NCBI GenBank assembly: GCA_043800705.1 | Contig: JAZDMS010000033.1 | Span: forward strand, 1-18,973 | Origin: Candidatus Altiarchaeota archaeon | GTDB lineage: Archaea > Altiarchaeota > Altiarchaeia > IMC4 > SCGC-AAA252-I15 | Length of the DNA stretch: 18,973 bases | Reading direction: 5' to 3' | Shown: positions 16,370 through 18,973 of the stretch, in pieces | How the letters are laid out: each line of letters begins with the position of its first letter | Numbering within the stretch: position 1 is the first letter of the stretch | Translations under genes and position numbers: made by a program | The notes under the pieces: generated by a model | Databases searched by the model: none | What the model was told of the DNA's origin: nothing | What the model saw: the letters and a program-made list of their open reading frames with translations, nothing else

Positions 16370-17449
16370 ATGGCGAATCTGGCCTTCATCGGAGACTGCC
16401 ACCTCGGATTCAGGCATAGGGGCAAGGTCCAGAGGCTCAGGGACTACTCCAAGGCCTTCGAGGAGGCGGTAGACAAGGCCCTTCAGCGGAAGGCGGACGC
16501 AGTCGTCTTCATGGGCGACCTCGTCCACCACTCCAAGCCCGACCCCGTCAGCCTCAGGACGGTCCTGAAGAAGCTCATGGAGGCCGCACAAAAGATCCCA
16601 GTGATCGTCTGCATAGGCAACCACGAGATTGAGGGGCATTTGGGCACTACGTATTCGCCGATCTACGGCGACGTCCACCCCGGCATCCACGTCCTCACCT
16701 CGGAGCATCCGCACGTCGAGATCAGCTTGGGCGGCAGGTCCTACGGGTTCCACGGGTTCGAATACACGCGGTCGAGGGAGTCGGCGGAGGACAAGCTCAA
16801 GGGACTCTCCCAGGGCGCGAAAGCCGACGTGAACATCCTGTGCCTCCACCAGGCCATAGAGAAGTACCTGAGCCCCTGCGAGATATCCCTGTCGGCGCTC
16901 AGGCACGCGGCCCCCTCCTACGACCTGATCGTGTCCGGCCACGTCCACAAGCACCAGGAACTCAGGGAGATCTCGGACGTCACGCCCACATTCTACTGCG
17001 GCTCCACGGAGCGGATCAGCTTCAACGAAGCGGAGAACGATAACGGCTTCATGTTCTTCTCAGGCGACGGATGGGCCGCTGCGGAGTTCGTCCACGTGGA
17101 TTCGGCGCCGATGGCATACGTCCGCGAGGAATTCCAGGGCAGCGCAGCCGAACTGAACACAAGGGTCGAAAAGATCATTGCGGCAAATCCCGCGAAGCTC
17201 CTGAAGATCGAGGTCCTGGCCGACCTGAAGGGGGACATCATAGACGTCCGAAGGGACTGGACCGCATTCGAGGACGGCAGGACCGTCCTTGAGGTATCGG
17301 TGATGCCGAAGACGCAGGAGGCCGAGATCCAGCTGGAGAAGGTGGAACTCAACGAAGACCTGATCAGGGAATACTTCAGGAAGTCAGGCAACGAAAACAA
17401 AGAGATGGAGGGCCTATGCATCGACCTCTTCAGGAGATACGGCGCCTGA
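16370..17449 (+). CDS. mre11: Mre11/SbcD-family DNA repair nuclease (metallophosphoesterase)
   Basis: Phosphoesterase motifs GDCHLG, GDLVH, GNHE, CLHQ, SGHVH, plus YCGSTERISFNE; capping region and C-terminal helical tail; 359 aa. Confidence 0.85.
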   Translation: MANLAFIGDCHLGFRHRGKVQRLRDYSKAFEEAVDKALQRKADAVVFMGDLVHHSKPDPVSLRTVLKKLMEAAQKIPVIVCIGNHEIEGHLGTTYSPIYGDVHPGIHVLTSEHPHVEISLGGRSYGFHGFEYTRSRESAEDKLKGLSQGAKADVNILCLHQAIEKYLSPCEISLSALRHAAPSYDLIVSGHVHKHQELREISDVTPTFYCGSTERISFNEAENDNGFMFFSGDGWAAAEFVHVDSAPMAYVREEFQGSAAELNTRVEKIIAANPAKLLKIEVLADLKGDIIDVRRDWTAFEDGRTVLEVSVMPKTQEAEIQLEKVELNEDLIREYFRKSGNENKEMEGLCIDLFRRYGA

Positions 17450-17465
17450 GACAGATGACTAAAGC

Positions 17466-17496
17466 TTATTTACCGGAACGCCGCCATCTATTATCC
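17466..17496 (+). promoter_or_regulatory. Putative TATA-type promoter for radB
   Basis: AAAGC then TTATTTACC at 17466-17474, beginning 31 nt before ATG 17497. Confidence 0.5.
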
Positions 17497-18183
17497 ATGG
17501 TCATACGGTTCAACACCGGCTTCGACGACCTCCTAGGCGGAGGCGTCCTGGAAGGCGTCATAACCCACTTATTCGGCCCTCCCGCGTCGGGGAAGTCCAA
17601 CCTGGCATTGGTCGCGGCTGCCAACGCCATCGGCCAGGGCAAGGTACTCTTCGTCGACCCCGAAGGCGGCTTCAGCGTCGAGAGGCTCAGGCAGGTCTCG
17701 GGGGACCGGTTCATGGACGTCCTAAACAACATCATCCTCGTGCAGCCTACCACCTTCGAGGAGCAGAAGGCAGCGATCGCGAAGCTGGAAGACGTCGTGA
17801 CGTCGATGAAGGTGGCACTCATTGTGGTCGACAGCATCGCCATGCTCTACAGGATGGAGGAGGACAAGGACGTCAGGATGCTCGGCAGGACTCTCGCCCA
17901 GCTTCTTCGCCTGGCCAGGAAATATAACCTCCCAGTCCTCCTCACCAATCAGGTCTACAGCGAATACGACACCAACATAGTCCGGCCGATCGGCGGAACC
18001 ATAACCGAATACTTCACGAAGAACATGGTCGAACTCGGGCGCGACGAACGGAACATGAGGATAGCGACCCTCAAGAGGCACCTGTTCAAACAGGAAGGAG
18101 AATCATTAACGTTCAGGATAACGCAGAAGGGTGTCGAGACAGAGCGAGTGACTGTATCTGGAAGTATAGATAACAATGTATGA
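17497..18183 (+). CDS. radB: DNA repair and recombination protein RadB
   Basis: RecA-like core without the RadA N-domain: TGFDDLLGGGV, Walker A GPPASGKS, FVDPEGGFSVERL, Walker B LIVVDS, LLTNQV, RPIGG. Start moved from 17416 (overlaps mre11) to ATG 17497. Confidence 0.92.
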   Translation: MVIRFNTGFDDLLGGGVLEGVITHLFGPPASGKSNLALVAAANAIGQGKVLFVDPEGGFSVERLRQVSGDRFMDVLNNIILVQPTTFEEQKAAIAKLEDVVTSMKVALIVVDSIAMLYRMEEDKDVRMLGRTLAQLLRLARKYNLPVLLTNQVYSEYDTNIVRPIGGTITEYFTKNMVELGRDERNMRIATLKRHLFKQEGESLTFRITQKGVETERVTVSGSIDNNV

Positions 18184-18343
18184 GCATCATCTGGCGACTT
18201 CACCCTCAAGACGGGTGACAGGTATAATCAATCGGCCCTAAACGCAAAGATCCTACGAATTGCGCAACACAACAGAATAAAACATCAGCGGACGAATATC
18301 GGGAGAATCTATGGTTAAAAACGTGTAATTCTCCATTATTAAT

Positions 18344-18973
18344 ATGGTCCTTGTGGAAAATGCAGTCCCTACCGTCAGGCAAACTCAGGAACAAAAAAGC
18401 CAGCAGACTGTGTTTCCCGGAATATTGGGCAAAAATGAAGGCGGATTACCCCCGATTTTAGCTAGTCAAACTGGTCAATCCCATATCAAAACAGCTGAAA
18501 GGCAGAAAACAGGAAGGAGATCGGCCATCCATCATAAGCTGGCTTTCCTGGATACTCGATCGTATATGGATGGAATTCATAGTGCTGAGGAACGTGGATA
18601 TATCCTGTATTTTCCAGATAATCCAAACCGGGAAAATTATGAATCCTGGAAATATGAACATATTTTTGATAAGTGGAAGCATCTGCCTTATGAAAATCCT
18701 ATCTATGAAAGTATTTTTGATCCGAAAATATCTCTTTACACGCCGCCAAATAAACTATTGCACCCCCTGGGAGAAGCATGCATTTGTTTAAATGGAGTAG
18801 GATATCCGAATCAGGCAAGAGACACTCCCGGTGGCAAGATAGCAGAAGAAAACTCCAGGAAACTTTCAAAAGTGGGGGAAATTGGCATCAGATACTACGG
18901 GGGTCATTTTGCTCCAAGATGGCTCGAACTGGGTGCAGGCATTGGTGTGGCAGCATCTAGAGTTAATCAAGAG
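18344..18973 (+). CDS. 3'-truncated AT-rich ORF, putative class I SAM-dependent methyltransferase
   Basis: Hand translation gives 210 sense codons with no stop (MVLVENAVPTVRQ...FAPRWLELGAGIGVAASRVNQE). Motif I-like WLELGAGIG at 18920-18946; TTAAAAA at 18315-18321 upstream. The ORF is well supported; the function rests on one motif. Confidence 0.7.
   Translation, partial: MVLVENAVPTVRQTQEQKSQQTVFPGILGKNEGGLPPILASQTGQSHIKTAERQKTGRRSAIHHKLAFLDTRSYMDGIHSAEERGYILYFPDNPNRENYESWKYEHIFDKWKHLPYENPIYESIFDPKISLYTPPNKLLHPLGEACICLNGVGYPNQARDTPGGKIAEENSRKLSKVGEIGIRYYGGHFAPRWLELGAGIGVAASRVNQE

Noticed and set aside
18200-18218. TCACCC-N7-GGGTGA hairpin after radB as a terminator or att site
   Set aside because: Only a 6-bp stem with no U-tract, and no integrase, tRNA or partner repeat is visible.
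18206-18960. Short tracked ORFs 18206..18394, 18458..18682, 18570..18791 and 18778..18960
   Set aside because: Better explained as shadows of the single 210-codon open frame starting at 18344.
1-18973. tRNA, rRNA, CRISPR array, IS element or defence system
   Set aside because: Intergenic gaps are short (at most about 160 bp) with no cloverleaf, spaced repeats, terminal inverted repeats or transposase motifs.

Overview
GC-rich, densely packed archaeal core-genome segment. Archaeal origin is shown by MCM helicase, RadB, an Mre11-type nuclease, a NOG1 GTPase, TATA-like boxes about 27-31 nt upstream of start codons and GGTGA ribosome-binding sites; the exact lineage cannot be read from the sequence. 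Gene order: 5'-truncated mcm, HAD phosphatase, Nudix hydrolase, SPFH protein (-), aroA, GT2 glycosyltransferase, panD (-), Cys-rich membrane-anchored hypothetical, malic enzyme plus split class I fumarase operon (-), aroC, a 51-aa small ORF missing from the ORF track (-), pstSCAB, NOG1 GTPase (-), DUF3566-like membrane protein, mre11-like nuclease, radB. The last ~790 bp are clearly more AT-rich and carry a 3'-truncated ORF of at least 210 codons (also missing from the track) with a SAM-binding motif I. I saw no RNA genes, CRISPR arrays, transposases or inteins. The most unusual item is the phosphate ABC transporter: PstB is fused to a TusA/SirA-like domain whose persulfide Cys is replaced by Ser, and PstS carries a canonical EF-hand-type loop.
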